Positions 41,513 to 51,986 of a stretch of 64,000 nucleotides of DNA are shown piece by piece. Origin of the DNA: Candidatus Cloacimonadales bacterium (GTDB taxonomy: Bacteria > Cloacimonadota > Cloacimonadia > Cloacimonadales > JAFGVF01); contig CAXXJV010000001.1 of the NCBI GenBank assembly GCA_963663475.2, positions 1,408,001 to 1,472,000 on the forward strand. Reading direction: 5' to 3'. The notes below the pieces were generated by a model, which searched no databases, was not told the DNA's origin, and saw only the letters and a program-made list of their open reading frames with translations. Within the stretch, counting starts at the first letter, position 1. Each line of letters starts with the position of its first letter. The position numbers and the translations under genes were made by a program.

Positions 41513-43066
41513 ATGTCAGCTACCTTACAGAAAATTCAAGAGCTTAAAGCTCGTGAAGCTAAAGTAGAAATGATGGGCGGTGAAGCTCAAGTAGCAAAAC
41601 AACATAATAGTGGAAAACTAACTGCAAGAGAGAGAATTAACCTCTTGTTTGATGCTGGAACTTTTAGAGAAATTGATAAATTTGTTGCTCATCGTTGCAC
41701 TAATTTCGGAATGCAAAAAGTAGATATTCCTTCTGATGGTGTGATAACAGGTCATGGATTAGTGAATGGCAGACCAGTATTTGCTTACTCACAAGATTTT
41801 ACTGCTAGAGCAGGTTCTCTTGGTGAAATGCATGCTGCTAAAATCACTAAAGTAATGGATATGGCTATGAAATCAGGTGTACCTGTAGTGGGTATGAATG
41901 ATTCAGGTGGAGCTCGTATCCAAGAAGGAATTGATGCTCTTAAAGGTTACGGTGATATATTCTTTAGGAATTCCAGAGCTTCTGGTGTAATACCTCAGAT
42001 TTCCTGTATCATGGGACCATGTGCTGGTGGAGCTGTGTATTCTCCAGCAATGACAGATTTTATCTATATGGTAAAAAATTCTTCCTTTATGTTCATTACT
42101 GGCCCAGATGTAATTAAAGCTGTGACAGGTGAGATGACAGATAAAGAAAGCTTAGGCGGAGCAATGGCTCATAATGAGTCTTCTGGAGTAGCTCATTTCG
42201 CTTGTGAAACTGATGAACATGCTATTAATTCTATCAAAGAACTCCTTTCTTTCCTTCCTAATAATAATATGGAAGAACCACCATATGTAGCAAGCTCTGA
42301 TCCTGCTCATAGAATCTGTGAAGACCTTAATACTATAATCCCTGATAATCCTAGCAAACCCTATGATGTAAAAGATATTATCAGATCTATTGCTGATGAT
42401 AGCCACTTCTATGAACCACATGAATACTATGCAAAGAATATTGTGATAGGTTTCATCAGACTCAATGGTAGGTCTGTTGGTATTATAGCTAACCAACCTA
42501 TGGTACTTGCTGGCTGTCTTGATATTGATGCCTCAGATAAAGCCTCTCGTTTCATTAGATTCTGTGATGCTTTCAATATCCCTCTTCTCTCAATAGTAGA
42601 TGTTCCAGGTTACTTACCTGGTGTACACCAAGAGCATAGTGGTATTATTAGACATGGTGCTAAATTGCTTTGGGTTTATTCTGAAGCTACAGTTCCTAAA
42701 TTAACTTTAGTTACTCGTAAGAACTATGGTGGCTCATATATAGCTATGTCTTCAAGACACTTAGGTGCGGATATGGTATTTGCATGGCCTACTGCTGAAA
42801 TTGCTGTTATGGGAGCTAAGGGTGCAGCTAATATTATCTATAGAAAAGATATTATGAAAGCTGAAGATCAAGATGCAAAAAGAGCTGAATGTATTAATGA
42901 ATACGAAGAACTATTCAATAACCCATACGTAGCTGCTTCACGTGGTTATGTTGACGCAATTATTGAACCTAAAGAAACTAGAATGAGACTCATTGAAGCT
43001 CTGGAAATTCTTTCTACAAAGAGTGAATCACTTCCTCCTAAAAAACATGGTAACCTTCCAGTATAG
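41513..43066 (+). CDS. Acyl-CoA carboxyltransferase (methylmalonyl-CoA carboxyltransferase 12S / PccB / MmdA-like)
   Basis: GKLTARERI, DSGGARIQEG, GPCAGGAVYSPA, DVPGYLPG, KKHGNLP. Confidence 0.93.
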   Translation: MSATLQKIQELKAREAKVEMMGGEAQVAKQHNSGKLTARERINLLFDAGTFREIDKFVAHRCTNFGMQKVDIPSDGVITGHGLVNGRPVFAYSQDFTARAGSLGEMHAAKITKVMDMAMKSGVPVVGMNDSGGARIQEGIDALKGYGDIFFRNSRASGVIPQISCIMGPCAGGAVYSPAMTDFIYMVKNSSFMFITGPDVIKAVTGEMTDKESLGGAMAHNESSGVAHFACETDEHAINSIKELLSFLPNNNMEEPPYVASSDPAHRICEDLNTIIPDNPSKPYDVKDIIRSIADDSHFYEPHEYYAKNIVIGFIRLNGRSVGIIANQPMVLAGCLDIDASDKASRFIRFCDAFNIPLLSIVDVPGYLPGVHQEHSGIIRHGAKLLWVYSEATVPKLTLVTRKNYGGSYIAMSSRHLGADMVFAWPTAEIAVMGAKGAANIIYRKDIMKAEDQDAKRAECINEYEELFNNPYVAASRGYVDAIIEPKETRMRLIEALEILSTKSESLPPKKHGNLPV

Positions 43067-43275
43067 TGAGGTTGAAAATGAATTCAAATACTAAGAAAAA
43101 AATGGTTGCTGCTTTAAGTGGAGTTATCCAATATTTGGAAGAAGAAAAACAAGAATCTCGCCAGATATCTGCTCCTATGACTCCGCAAAATACTTCATCT
43201 GCATGGACTTCTTACGGCCGTCAAACTACTATGATGAATGGTCAGATGATGCAAAGAAGAGTAGTTAGAAGATAA
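43066..43275 (+). CDS. Small accessory (epsilon-like) subunit; probable start ATG 43078
   Basis: KKKMVAALSGV..YL..E...SAW..YGRQ..M, located between carboxyltransferase genes. Confidence 0.6.
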   Translation: MRLKMNSNTKKKMVAALSGVIQYLEEEKQESRQISAPMTPQNTSSAWTSYGRQTTMMNGQMMQRRVVRR

Positions 43276-43321
43276 AATTGATAATTAATAAATAAAAGAT
43301 AGAAAATCGGAGGATTTAATA

Positions 43322-45613
43322 ATGTTTGATACACATGGTGTAGTTAAAATGGCTGATATGAAATATGGAAAAGATCGCCCAAAAGCTTCTAATCCTATCA
43401 AAATTCAAGACCTCTCTTTCCGTGATGGTCATCAATCTCTCTTTGCTACTCGTGGCAGAACTGAAGACCTCTTGACTGTTGCTGAAAAAATGGATCAAGC
43501 AGGTTTCTACTCTATGGAAGTATGGGGTGGAGCTACCTTTGATGTTATGCACAGGTACCTTAATGAAGACCCTTGGCAAAGAATTAGAACACTTAAAAAA
43601 CACATAAAAAATACTAAATTCTCAATGCTCTTGAGAGGACAAAACTTAGTTGGCTATAGAAACTATGCCGATGATGTTGTTGAAGCCTTTGTGCAAAGAG
43701 CTTGCGATAACGGAATTGATATTTTCAGAGTTTTTGATGCCCTCAATGATTTTAGAAACTTTGAAGTTGCTCATAAAATAATTAAGAAAAATAATAAACA
43801 CTTCCAAGGAACTATCTGTTATTCTCTTACTGAGATGAGAATGGGAGGAGATGTTTATAATCTAGATTACTATATCAATAAAGCTAAAGAGTTAGATAAA
43901 ATTGGTGTAGATTCTATCTGTGTGAAAGATATGGCGGGACTGGTTTCCCCTTATGATGCTTATAACTTAGTTAAAGCTCTTAAGGAAACTGTCGATGTAC
44001 CAATTCATCTTCATACTCACTTCACCTCAGGTATGGGGGATTTAGCTCTCTTTAAAGCTATCGAAGCTGGAGTTGATATCATTGATACATGTATGGCACC
44101 TTTTGCCTACCGTACTTCTCATGCAGCTGTTGAACCTTTAGTGGTTTCTCTGTTAGGAACTAATAGAGATACTGGTATGGATATTAAACTTCTGAATGAA
44201 ATTGATAAAGAAATTGAGAAATTTATCCCTAAGTATAAACATTTGGCTAATGATACCAAGTTCTCTGTTATCGACCCTGAAGTTATTATTCACCAAACTC
44301 CTGGTGGAATGCTTTCAAACTTAGTAAATCAACTCAGACAAATGGATGCACTTGATAAAATTGACCAAGTTTTTGAAAAATTACCTGAAGTGCGTAAAGA
44401 CTTGGGTACTGTTCCACTTGTAACACCAACAAGTCAGATTGTCGGTATTCAAACAGTTAATAATGTGCTTTTTGATGGACAAGGTGAGAGATATCAAAGA
44501 TTTACTGAACAAGTTAAAGACCTTTGTTTCGGTTTATATGGTAAGACAACTCTTCCAATGAATCCTGAAGTCCAAGCTAAAGCTCTTGCTAATTATCCTC
44601 GTGGACAAGAACCAATCACTGTTAGACCAGGTGCTATATTAGAACCTGAATTACCAGAGATTAAAGAATCTGTTAAAGGCCTAGCTAAAGATATTGATGA
44701 TGAACTAATAGTCGCTCTTTATCCTGTAACAGGTAAGAGGTTCTTAGAATGGAAATATGGATTAAAAGAAGCTCCAGCTGAAGTTAAAGCTAAGACTTTA
44801 GCTGAAGTTAAGGCTGAAGAAGAACTAGTTAAAAAAGCTCTATCTGGCCAACTAACTGCTAAGAAAGCTAGTCCTGAAAAACCAGAAAACTTAAGAAAGT
44901 TTGATGTTTATGTTGATGGAGAATACTTCCAAGTTGAAGTAAATGCTGAAGGTGGTATGAATGCTATCCCTGCTGGGACATATGTTCAACCACAAACACC
45001 AGTAGTTAGACCAGCCAAAGCTGCAGTTCCTAATCCTGCACCAAGTAATCCAAGTCCACAAGTAACAAGTCCTCAGCCTACAGGAGGAGAGCAAGTTATT
45101 AAGTCTCCAATGCCTGGCATGGTATCAGCTTATAAAGTTAATGTTGGTGATCATGTTAAAAAAGGTGATACTGTTCTTATTCTTGAAGCTATGAAGATGG
45201 AAAATAATATTCCAGCTCCTTGCGATGGTGTGATTAAGAGTATTCCTAAGAGTGGAGGTGATAATGTTGCAAAAGATGAAATCTTGATTGTGATAGGTCA
45301 AGAAGCTTCTGCACCACAAGCAGCAGTTCAGAGTCAGCCTCAGGCACAAGCACCTGCTCAAAGTCAACCTCAAGCTCAAGTTCAGGCTTCTACAGCTAGT
45401 GGTAATCCTGTAAAAGCACCTATGCCTGGTATGATTATGGCTTATAAAGTTAAAGTTGGTGATCAAGTTAATGCTGGCGATGTTGTACTAGTTCTAGAAG
45501 CTATGAAAATGGAAAATAATATTCCTTCTCCTGTAAGCGGAAAAGTGCTTGAAATTAGTAAGTCTGCTGGTGATAATGTTAGCAAAGACGAAGTAATGAT
45601 AGTAATAGGATAA
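43322..45613 (+). CDS. Pyruvate/oxaloacetate carboxyltransferase (5S/PycB-like) fused to two biotinyl domains
   Basis: RDGHQSL.ATR, EVWGGATFD, KDMAG, HLHTH, VTPTSQIVG; EAMKMEN twice. Confidence 0.9.
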   Translation: MFDTHGVVKMADMKYGKDRPKASNPIKIQDLSFRDGHQSLFATRGRTEDLLTVAEKMDQAGFYSMEVWGGATFDVMHRYLNEDPWQRIRTLKKHIKNTKFSMLLRGQNLVGYRNYADDVVEAFVQRACDNGIDIFRVFDALNDFRNFEVAHKIIKKNNKHFQGTICYSLTEMRMGGDVYNLDYYINKAKELDKIGVDSICVKDMAGLVSPYDAYNLVKALKETVDVPIHLHTHFTSGMGDLALFKAIEAGVDIIDTCMAPFAYRTSHAAVEPLVVSLLGTNRDTGMDIKLLNEIDKEIEKFIPKYKHLANDTKFSVIDPEVIIHQTPGGMLSNLVNQLRQMDALDKIDQVFEKLPEVRKDLGTVPLVTPTSQIVGIQTVNNVLFDGQGERYQRFTEQVKDLCFGLYGKTTLPMNPEVQAKALANYPRGQEPITVRPGAILEPELPEIKESVKGLAKDIDDELIVALYPVTGKRFLEWKYGLKEAPAEVKAKTLAEVKAEEELVKKALSGQLTAKKASPEKPENLRKFDVYVDGEYFQVEVNAEGGMNAIPAGTYVQPQTPVVRPAKAAVPNPAPSNPSPQVTSPQPTGGEQVIKSPMPGMVSAYKVNVGDHVKKGDTVLILEAMKMENNIPAPCDGVIKSIPKSGGDNVAKDEILIVIGQEASAPQAAVQSQPQAQAPAQSQPQAQVQASTASGNPVKAPMPGMIMAYKVKVGDQVNAGDVVLVLEAMKMENNIPSPVSGKVLEISKSAGDNVSKDEVMIVIG

Positions 45614-45640
45614 AAGATAAATATTAGTATATAAAGCCCT

Positions 45641-45666
45641 GAAGCCCTGCTAGCAGGGCTTTTTTG
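45641..45666 (+). terminator. Intrinsic terminator
   Basis: AAGCCCTGCTAGCAGGGCTTTTTT. Confidence 0.75.
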
Positions 45667-45677
45667 TTTGAGCTGTT

Positions 45678-45846
45678 TATCCCAAATAATGCAGTAGACC
45701 TTTGCGAATAGCACTATCTTCTTTTGCAAAAGTAAGCTACATAATTTTCAGGAATATATATATTATATGCCTTCAAATTCTGTAACTTATTTTGCTAAAA
45801 GAATCTAGCACTCTTCATCAAAGTTCTACTGCACCATTCGGGTTTA
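45678..45846 (+). repeat. MITE copy
   Basis: Near-identical to 25783-25949; its right end abuts the stop codon of 45844-46428. Confidence 0.9.
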
Positions 45847-46428
45847 TAATTTAGGGAAGTTAATAATTTTAGATTTTCTTGTTTTATCTGCTTGTATTTC
45901 ACTTTCAGCTTCCAAAAAGTTTGGGAAAAAGATTATTAACAAGTCCAACATTTCCTCGTAGTAAAAATCATAAGTATAATAAGCAATATCTCTTATATTT
46001 TCACATCTCTTTCGGAAGTCTTCAAGTAAGTCATGTTTGTCTATATATCTAAGAAAATCAAAAAGAACATTAATTGCACTGGAGAAAAGTTTTTCTCCGA
46101 AGTAATCATAATCATAAGCATAGGAGGTAGCATTTTCAACATAAACTAGCATTAAATCGGCAGTTAAAAGATGACTTGCATTAAACTTTTTAAAATCAGA
46201 AATAGCTTTTTTAGCTTCTGTTAACTTCAACTTGTTGCCATGTCTAGGATAAAAGCATTCAACTATTATTGAATGATATTTATCATAAAGCTCTTGTTCG
46301 TTAGGTTTTAACCAAAAATCTAAGTAATCTTTATTAGTTTTGTTTAGTTTATATAGCTGGGCAATTAAACTAACTAATTCATCTGTTTTTAAAGCTTTAA
46401 TTTTACTTTTTAATTCTCTTAATCCCAT
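45844..46428 (-). CDS. Hypothetical protein (DUF6155-like)
   Basis: L...EL..LI..LYK, I..CFYP, AKKAISDFKK, ADLML.YVE. Confidence 0.6.
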   Translation of the reverse strand: MGLRELKSKIKALKTDELVSLIAQLYKLNKTNKDYLDFWLKPNEQELYDKYHSIIVECFYPRHGNKLKLTEAKKAISDFKKFNASHLLTADLMLVYVENATSYAYDYDYFGEKLFSSAINVLFDFLRYIDKHDLLEDFRKRCENIRDIAYYTYDFYYEEMLDLLIIFFPNFLEAESEIQADKTRKSKIINFPKL

Positions 46429-46454
46429 CTTATCTCCAATGTTTTTATAGAATA

Positions 46455-47738
46455 TTAATCTTTTTTTAGTTGTTTTTGTTTCAATTTATCCCACCATTCC
46501 AATCTTTTAGTAATTTCTTTTTCAAAACCAAAAGGGGAAGGACTATAGAGGTCTATTTCATCTAACTGATCAGGGAAGTATTTTTGATAAAAATAGCCAT
46601 AATCGAAGTCATGTGAATATTTGTAATTCTCGCCATAACCTAAATTTTTCATTAGTTTTGTGGGAGCATTTCTTATATGCATAGGTACTCCTAGGTGAGA
46701 AGTTTTCTTAGCTAAGTCTCTAGCAGCTTTATAGGCAGTATAAACTGAGTTACTCTTAGGTGCTGTTGCAAGATAGACCACTAATTGAGAAAGGGCAGTA
46801 CTTGCTTCTGGCATGCCTAAGAAATGAATAGCTTCTTTACAGGCAATAGCTTGAGTGAGAGCATTAGGATCAGCTAATCCAACATCTTCACTAGCAAAAC
46901 GGACTAATCTTCTAACAATATACATAGGATCTTCTCCTGCTTCTAGCATTCTAGCCAACCAATACAAAGCAGCTTGTGGATCAGAGCCTCTAAGTGATTT
47001 ATGGAGAGCAGAAATGACATTATAATGTTCTTCTCCATTCTTATCGTAGAACATACTTTTTTGTTGAAGAATCTTTTCAATATCCTTGATAGTTAGTTTA
47101 TCTAAGTCTCCATAAGATCGTAACATATCTAAGTTATTCAAAGCCTTACGTCCGTCTCCACCACTTATCTCTACCAGGTAATCAATTGATTGGGTATTTA
47201 AACTAGGCAGATATAAAGCTTTAGCTTTGAGGATTATTTGTCTGATATCTTCTTCATCTAATGAATTAAGGACAAAGACACTTGTTCGAGAAAGTAGGGC
47301 TGAAATAACTTCAAAAGAAGGGTTCTCAGTTGTAGCCCCTAAGAGGATGATAGTGCCAGACTCAACATAGGGGAGAAAGGCATCTTGTTGAGATTTACTA
47401 AATCTATGAATCTCATCTATGAACAGAATTGTTTGTTCTTGAGTAAGATCAAATCTTTGTTGAGCTTCTTGCATGACCATTTTTACTTCTTTGATACCAG
47501 ACAATACAGCTGAGAACTGAACAAATTCTTTCTTAGTTTTGTTTTCGATAATCTTAGCTATAGTGGTTTTACCACAACCAGGAGGTCCCCAGAGGATAAT
47601 AGATTTAAGATTATCATTTTCAATCATTTTATGTAACATAGAATGAGGGTTAACAAGGTGCTTTTGTCCGATAATATCGCTTATTTCTTGGGGTCTCATC
47701 AGTTCAGCTAAAGGGATATTTTTTTGCATATTTTCCAC
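46455..47738 (-). CDS. rarA: Replication-associated recombination protein A
   Basis: PLAELMRP, GPPGCGKTT, FIDEIHRF, ISALHKSLRGSD, EDVGLAD. Confidence 0.96.
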   Translation of the reverse strand: MENMQKNIPLAELMRPQEISDIIGQKHLVNPHSMLHKMIENDNLKSIILWGPPGCGKTTIAKIIENKTKKEFVQFSAVLSGIKEVKMVMQEAQQRFDLTQEQTILFIDEIHRFSKSQQDAFLPYVESGTIILLGATTENPSFEVISALLSRTSVFVLNSLDEEDIRQIILKAKALYLPSLNTQSIDYLVEISGGDGRKALNNLDMLRSYGDLDKLTIKDIEKILQQKSMFYDKNGEEHYNVISALHKSLRGSDPQAALYWLARMLEAGEDPMYIVRRLVRFASEDVGLADPNALTQAIACKEAIHFLGMPEASTALSQLVVYLATAPKSNSVYTAYKAARDLAKKTSHLGVPMHIRNAPTKLMKNLGYGENYKYSHDFDYGYFYQKYFPDQLDEIDLYSPSPFGFEKEITKRLEWWDKLKQKQLKKD

Positions 47739-47746
47739 AAGTCCTC

Positions 47747-48715
47747 TCAGTAACCAATCTTAAGGTCTATACCAGGTAAATTTGGCTTAGTTTCAATTTT
47801 CTTGAGTAAGCTAACCAGTGCTTCAACTCTAAAATCCTCATTCTCTGACATTCCTAATCCTCCTGCTCTATGAGGACTCATGATTACATTATCAAGGGTA
47901 TGGAAAGGGAAGTTAGCAGGTTGAGTAAATGTTCTCTCTTCAGGGTTTACAGGATACTTGTACCAGACATCTAAGGCAGCTCCTCCAATCAATCTTTTTT
48001 CTAAAGCTGTGAAAAGACTTTCTTCATCTACAGTAGAAGCTCTTCCTACATTAACAAAATATGAGCTTGTTTTCATTGCCTCAAAGGTCTTCTTATTAAA
48101 GACAGCTTTGGTTTGCTCAGTTGCTGGTAGTAGGTTAATAATATAATCATAATTACCCACAATAGAATCTAGATCATCTAGGGAATAGATTCCTTCTTGG
48201 GGATTAATATCTTTTCTTTTTATTTTATCGATAGTGACTTCATAAGGAAGCAGAAAACTTTCTAGTAACTTTCCTATATGGCCATAACCACAGATAAGAA
48301 GTTTTTTCTGATAAAGTAAACTAGAAGGGTTAGCTTGGTATCTAATAGACCAATCGTGTTTTCTAAAGTCTCGATCAGCAGGAATAATATGTTTAATCCC
48401 AGTAAGCAGCAGGGCCATAACATTCTCAGCCACTGGTCTAGCATTATGGTGTATATTCAAAAGCTTTATATGGGGATAGTCTTTCAAAAGCTGGGAAGTA
48501 GCTTGAGGAACACCTACAAAAGGAATTATTAGATATTTTAAATCTATGAGACTAGCCAGCTTTTCAGCAGTAGGGTAGGCTAAAATTAGTACTTGGGTAT
48601 CACTAGGTATAACTTTACCAAGAGTAATTCTATGTGACCTACCTAAAGCCTTTTCTAGCTTGTCTTGAATATCCTTATTATTTTCTCGGTAATAGTGAGT
48701 TTTTAGCTTAGGCAA
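47747..48715 (-). CDS. D-2-hydroxyacid dehydrogenase family protein
   Basis: GYGHIG, VNVGRA, GAALDVW, SPHRAG. Confidence 0.88.
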   Translation of the reverse strand: MPKLKTHYYRENNKDIQDKLEKALGRSHRITLGKVIPSDTQVLILAYPTAEKLASLIDLKYLIIPFVGVPQATSQLLKDYPHIKLLNIHHNARPVAENVMALLLTGIKHIIPADRDFRKHDWSIRYQANPSSLLYQKKLLICGYGHIGKLLESFLLPYEVTIDKIKRKDINPQEGIYSLDDLDSIVGNYDYIINLLPATEQTKAVFNKKTFEAMKTSSYFVNVGRASTVDEESLFTALEKRLIGGAALDVWYKYPVNPEERTFTQPANFPFHTLDNVIMSPHRAGGLGMSENEDFRVEALVSLLKKIETKPNLPGIDLKIGY

Positions 48716-51101
48716 TTTCTTTCCTCTTTTTTATCACATCTAGATAAATACCAGCCAAGAGAATTATGAGAGAAAGACTGATACCAGCAAGAGAAAGTTT
48801 AGTACTTAAGTAGTAGCTTTCAGGAGCAAAAACCATTTCTACTTTCTCACTACCAGCAGGAATAACAAGTCCGCGTAAAATATGATTTACAGGGTAAATC
48901 TCACTTTCTTTTCCATCAATATAAGCTTTCCAGCCAGCAGGGTAATAGGTTTCACTAATAACCAGGAAGCCATCTTTATCTAAATCACTAATTTTGAAGG
49001 CAAGCTTGTGCATATAATCTTCTTGAGGAATTTGTTCAATTTTTCCCACACCCAAAGGCATCTTTAATGGTATTTCAGTTTCAACAATTGCTTGACTTCT
49101 TGGTCTGAAAGCGTTACTATTCATAAAATTAATTCTTTCTTGACTTGATTCTATCACATGTAAACCTCTAACAAACCAAGCTCTATCTAGGGCATCTGGA
49201 TTATAGTATAGTCCTACAAGATCTCCAGCTTTTTTCATAGTAACTAAAGGTGATTGTCCAATATTATCTTTAGAGATAAAGTATTTAGCATTTAGCATAT
49301 TAATTACATTTAAGTTCATTGCTTGATTAATTACATCGTTATATCTAAGCAATTTAGCGCCATGATAGCCACCAATTATTTGTAAATGAGCAGACCAAGA
49401 TACATCATTCATGTTATCAAAGGAGAATACTCTATAAGTTCCTTTTGCTTGCTTAGTGTTTAGATAAGTATCTATCTTGTTCATAGCAATTTCAGTATTT
49501 TCTTGTGGAGGATAAAGAGTTTGGAAGTAGGCTCTGTTTACAAGCATTAAATCTGATATCATAAAGACACCTATTAGGATGATAAAGACCTGTTTTGATA
49601 ACATTTTTTTGCTATAAAAGAAGATGATACCAAAGCCTAAAGCTAAGAAAAAGAGTCCATTACGAACAGAATTAACTGTCAATGTTAATCTTTCAGCCTT
49701 CAAGTTTTGTATATGACTCACTAATTGAGGACTTCCTTGATATTGTTGCCATTGGGCCATTTCTCCAGCAGAAGTAAACTGCATTCCTGAGAAGAGGCTT
49801 TTACCTCCTACTAAATTAAAGAGGAAGAGGGCAATTACTACAATCATACCAATTCTCATTCTTTTGGCAAACTTCTCATCACCTACTTTTTTGATAACTT
49901 CTCTTAAACCAATGGCTGCTAAGGGAATCAAAAGCAATTGGGCTATTACTAGATGAGTAGCTGGTACTCTAAATTTATTAAAGCCAGGTAAGTAGTCATG
50001 GAGAAAATTTGATAAGAGGGGGAAGTATTTGCCAAAAGACATAATAACTGCTGCTAAGATACCAATTCCAAAGACTTTTGAATACTTACTCTTAGCCAAG
50101 AAAAGACCTATTATTGCTAAAAGAAGAATAATTACACCAGTATAATGATAAGCTTGTGTGAAAGACATCCAACCCCAGTAATCTTGATTAATTCCTCCAA
50201 AAAAGTTAGGGAAAATCAAAGATACTAGTTCTAGTGGGTGCATTGACCAACCTTGGGCATACTCTTTGGTTAAACCATTTTCTCCACCTCGCATGGAATA
50301 GTGAGAGTATTCAAGGTTAGAAAGATGAGGATTCATAACAGCTAAACTTGCAATTCCCACAGCTAATATTAAAAGTAAGGAGAAGATGATAAAGGGCTTA
50401 AAGTCTTTACTCTTAATAACATTGACTAGTTCAAATATCCAAAAAATACCGATAAAAAGGAAGAAATAGTAGCTTATTTGCAAATGGTTAAGTCTAAGCT
50501 GGGTAATTAAAGCAACAGCAAAGAAGCCTAAACCAAGTAAATTTCTTTTGTCACGCAGGTACAAGAGGGCATAGAGTAGCCAAGGTAAAATCATAATTAC
50601 CTGAAATTTAGTATTATGTCCCATCTCAATTAGTGCTACAAAATGTGAGGAAAGGGCAAAGCTTAATCCTAAAATTGTTGAGGTTAAGACTCCCATTTTA
50701 AGATATCTCAGTAAGAAAAAGCCTCCTATAGCTCCTAGCATTAAGAAAGATAGTTTCCAATTTATTAATGGGTTAATAGCCATGAGAAGATTGTTTATGA
50801 AGGGATACTTAGTGGGGAAACTAATTAAATAATTAGGCATTCCTGAAAAGATATTGCTATTCCACAGGGCAGGATCAGAATGACTCTTGTTATATTCAAT
50901 AGATTCATTGGCAGTGTATCTCCACTGATTAGTGTCATGGGCAATTGGTTCATAACCTAAAAAACCCAATTTAAAGAAGGAAATAGATAAGAAAATTAGA
51001 ATTATTAAGATGCCTATCCAATTTTTGGTCAATAAATTATCTATGTTACTAGCAACTTTTACATCTTTTGTCTGACTTGTAAGATTCTTCTTTTTGGCCA
51101 T
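48708..51101 (-). CDS. YfhO-family membrane protein (GT-C-like)
   Basis: LWNS.IFSGMP, NKFR.P, GYHGAKL.RY, SETYYPAGWKAYIDG. Confidence 0.85.
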   Translation of the reverse strand: MAKKKNLTSQTKDVKVASNIDNLLTKNWIGILIILIFLSISFFKLGFLGYEPIAHDTNQWRYTANESIEYNKSHSDPALWNSNIFSGMPNYLISFPTKYPFINNLLMAINPLINWKLSFLMLGAIGGFFLLRYLKMGVLTSTILGLSFALSSHFVALIEMGHNTKFQVIMILPWLLYALLYLRDKRNLLGLGFFAVALITQLRLNHLQISYYFFLFIGIFWIFELVNVIKSKDFKPFIIFSLLLILAVGIASLAVMNPHLSNLEYSHYSMRGGENGLTKEYAQGWSMHPLELVSLIFPNFFGGINQDYWGWMSFTQAYHYTGVIILLLAIIGLFLAKSKYSKVFGIGILAAVIMSFGKYFPLLSNFLHDYLPGFNKFRVPATHLVIAQLLLIPLAAIGLREVIKKVGDEKFAKRMRIGMIVVIALFLFNLVGGKSLFSGMQFTSAGEMAQWQQYQGSPQLVSHIQNLKAERLTLTVNSVRNGLFFLALGFGIIFFYSKKMLSKQVFIILIGVFMISDLMLVNRAYFQTLYPPQENTEIAMNKIDTYLNTKQAKGTYRVFSFDNMNDVSWSAHLQIIGGYHGAKLLRYNDVINQAMNLNVINMLNAKYFISKDNIGQSPLVTMKKAGDLVGLYYNPDALDRAWFVRGLHVIESSQERINFMNSNAFRPRSQAIVETEIPLKMPLGVGKIEQIPQEDYMHKLAFKISDLDKDGFLVISETYYPAGWKAYIDGKESEIYPVNHILRGLVIPAGSEKVEMVFAPESYYLSTKLSLAGISLSLIILLAGIYLDVIKKRKEIA

Positions 51102-51784
51102 TACTCAACTCCTATATTGCAAAAATTTAATAATACTAATTCAGCTTGATCGCAAGATTTATCATCCTCGCAATCATAATTGGCATATTCTTTAACTCTT
51201 GTATCTTCTTGGAGATTTCTCTCTAACATCTTAGACCCTTCAACATAATTTAATTCAGGATGGAATTGGACACCCCAGACCGGGAAGTCTTGCCACTGAA
51301 AAGCTTGGATTTTAACTTTATCATTCTTAGCAATGATTTTAAATGAATCATCTAAATCTACTACTTCATCAAAGTGAGATTGCATGAAAATTGCTTTGGT
51401 GATTCCCTTAAAGAGAAGATTATCCTCAATTTCTAGCTTGGTAAAACCAAATTCAGGTGTCTTTGCAGGAATACAGGAATGGTCTCCACTGAGTAGTCTT
51501 GCTAACATTTGATGGCCATAGCAGATGCCTAGGACTGGCTTGCCTGCAAAAATAAAGTCACTCATGATAGAAAAGACTTCCTTTTGTTCTATATGCTGAC
51601 TTGAGGCAGATAACTCTGAACCAGATATGATTAATTTATTATATTGACTATAATCTAGGTTTAAGTCATTATTATATATTCTTTTAAAAACGTATTTATA
51701 ATTATCTTTCAAAATTCTCTCTATACTCTTTCTAAAGCGAAAGGAAGCATCATCATTTTTGATTGTATCTAAAACTAATATCAT
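51101..51784 (-). CDS. Type 1 glutamine amidotransferase
   Basis: GICYGHQ, QSHFD, GVQFHPE. Confidence 0.88.
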   Translation of the reverse strand: MILVLDTIKNDDASFRFRKSIERILKDNYKYVFKRIYNNDLNLDYSQYNKLIISGSELSASSQHIEQKEVFSIMSDFIFAGKPVLGICYGHQMLARLLSGDHSCIPAKTPEFGFTKLEIEDNLLFKGITKAIFMQSHFDEVVDLDDSFKIIAKNDKVKIQAFQWQDFPVWGVQFHPELNYVEGSKMLERNLQEDTRVKEYANYDCEDDKSCDQAELVLLNFCNIGVE

Positions 51785-51986
51785 AATTACCTCTTATTAT
51801 AATTCACAAAAAATAGGAAAAGTTATTGTTTTTTCAATCCATAATCTGTAAATCAACAATTTTTCCTAACCTTATCTAATATTACTAACTAACTGTCAAA
51901 TAAAAAAAACATTTGACAGCTACTAACTTTATAATTTTGATAAATAGATTATAAAAGATCTTATAAATAAAGGAAAAATATAAATT

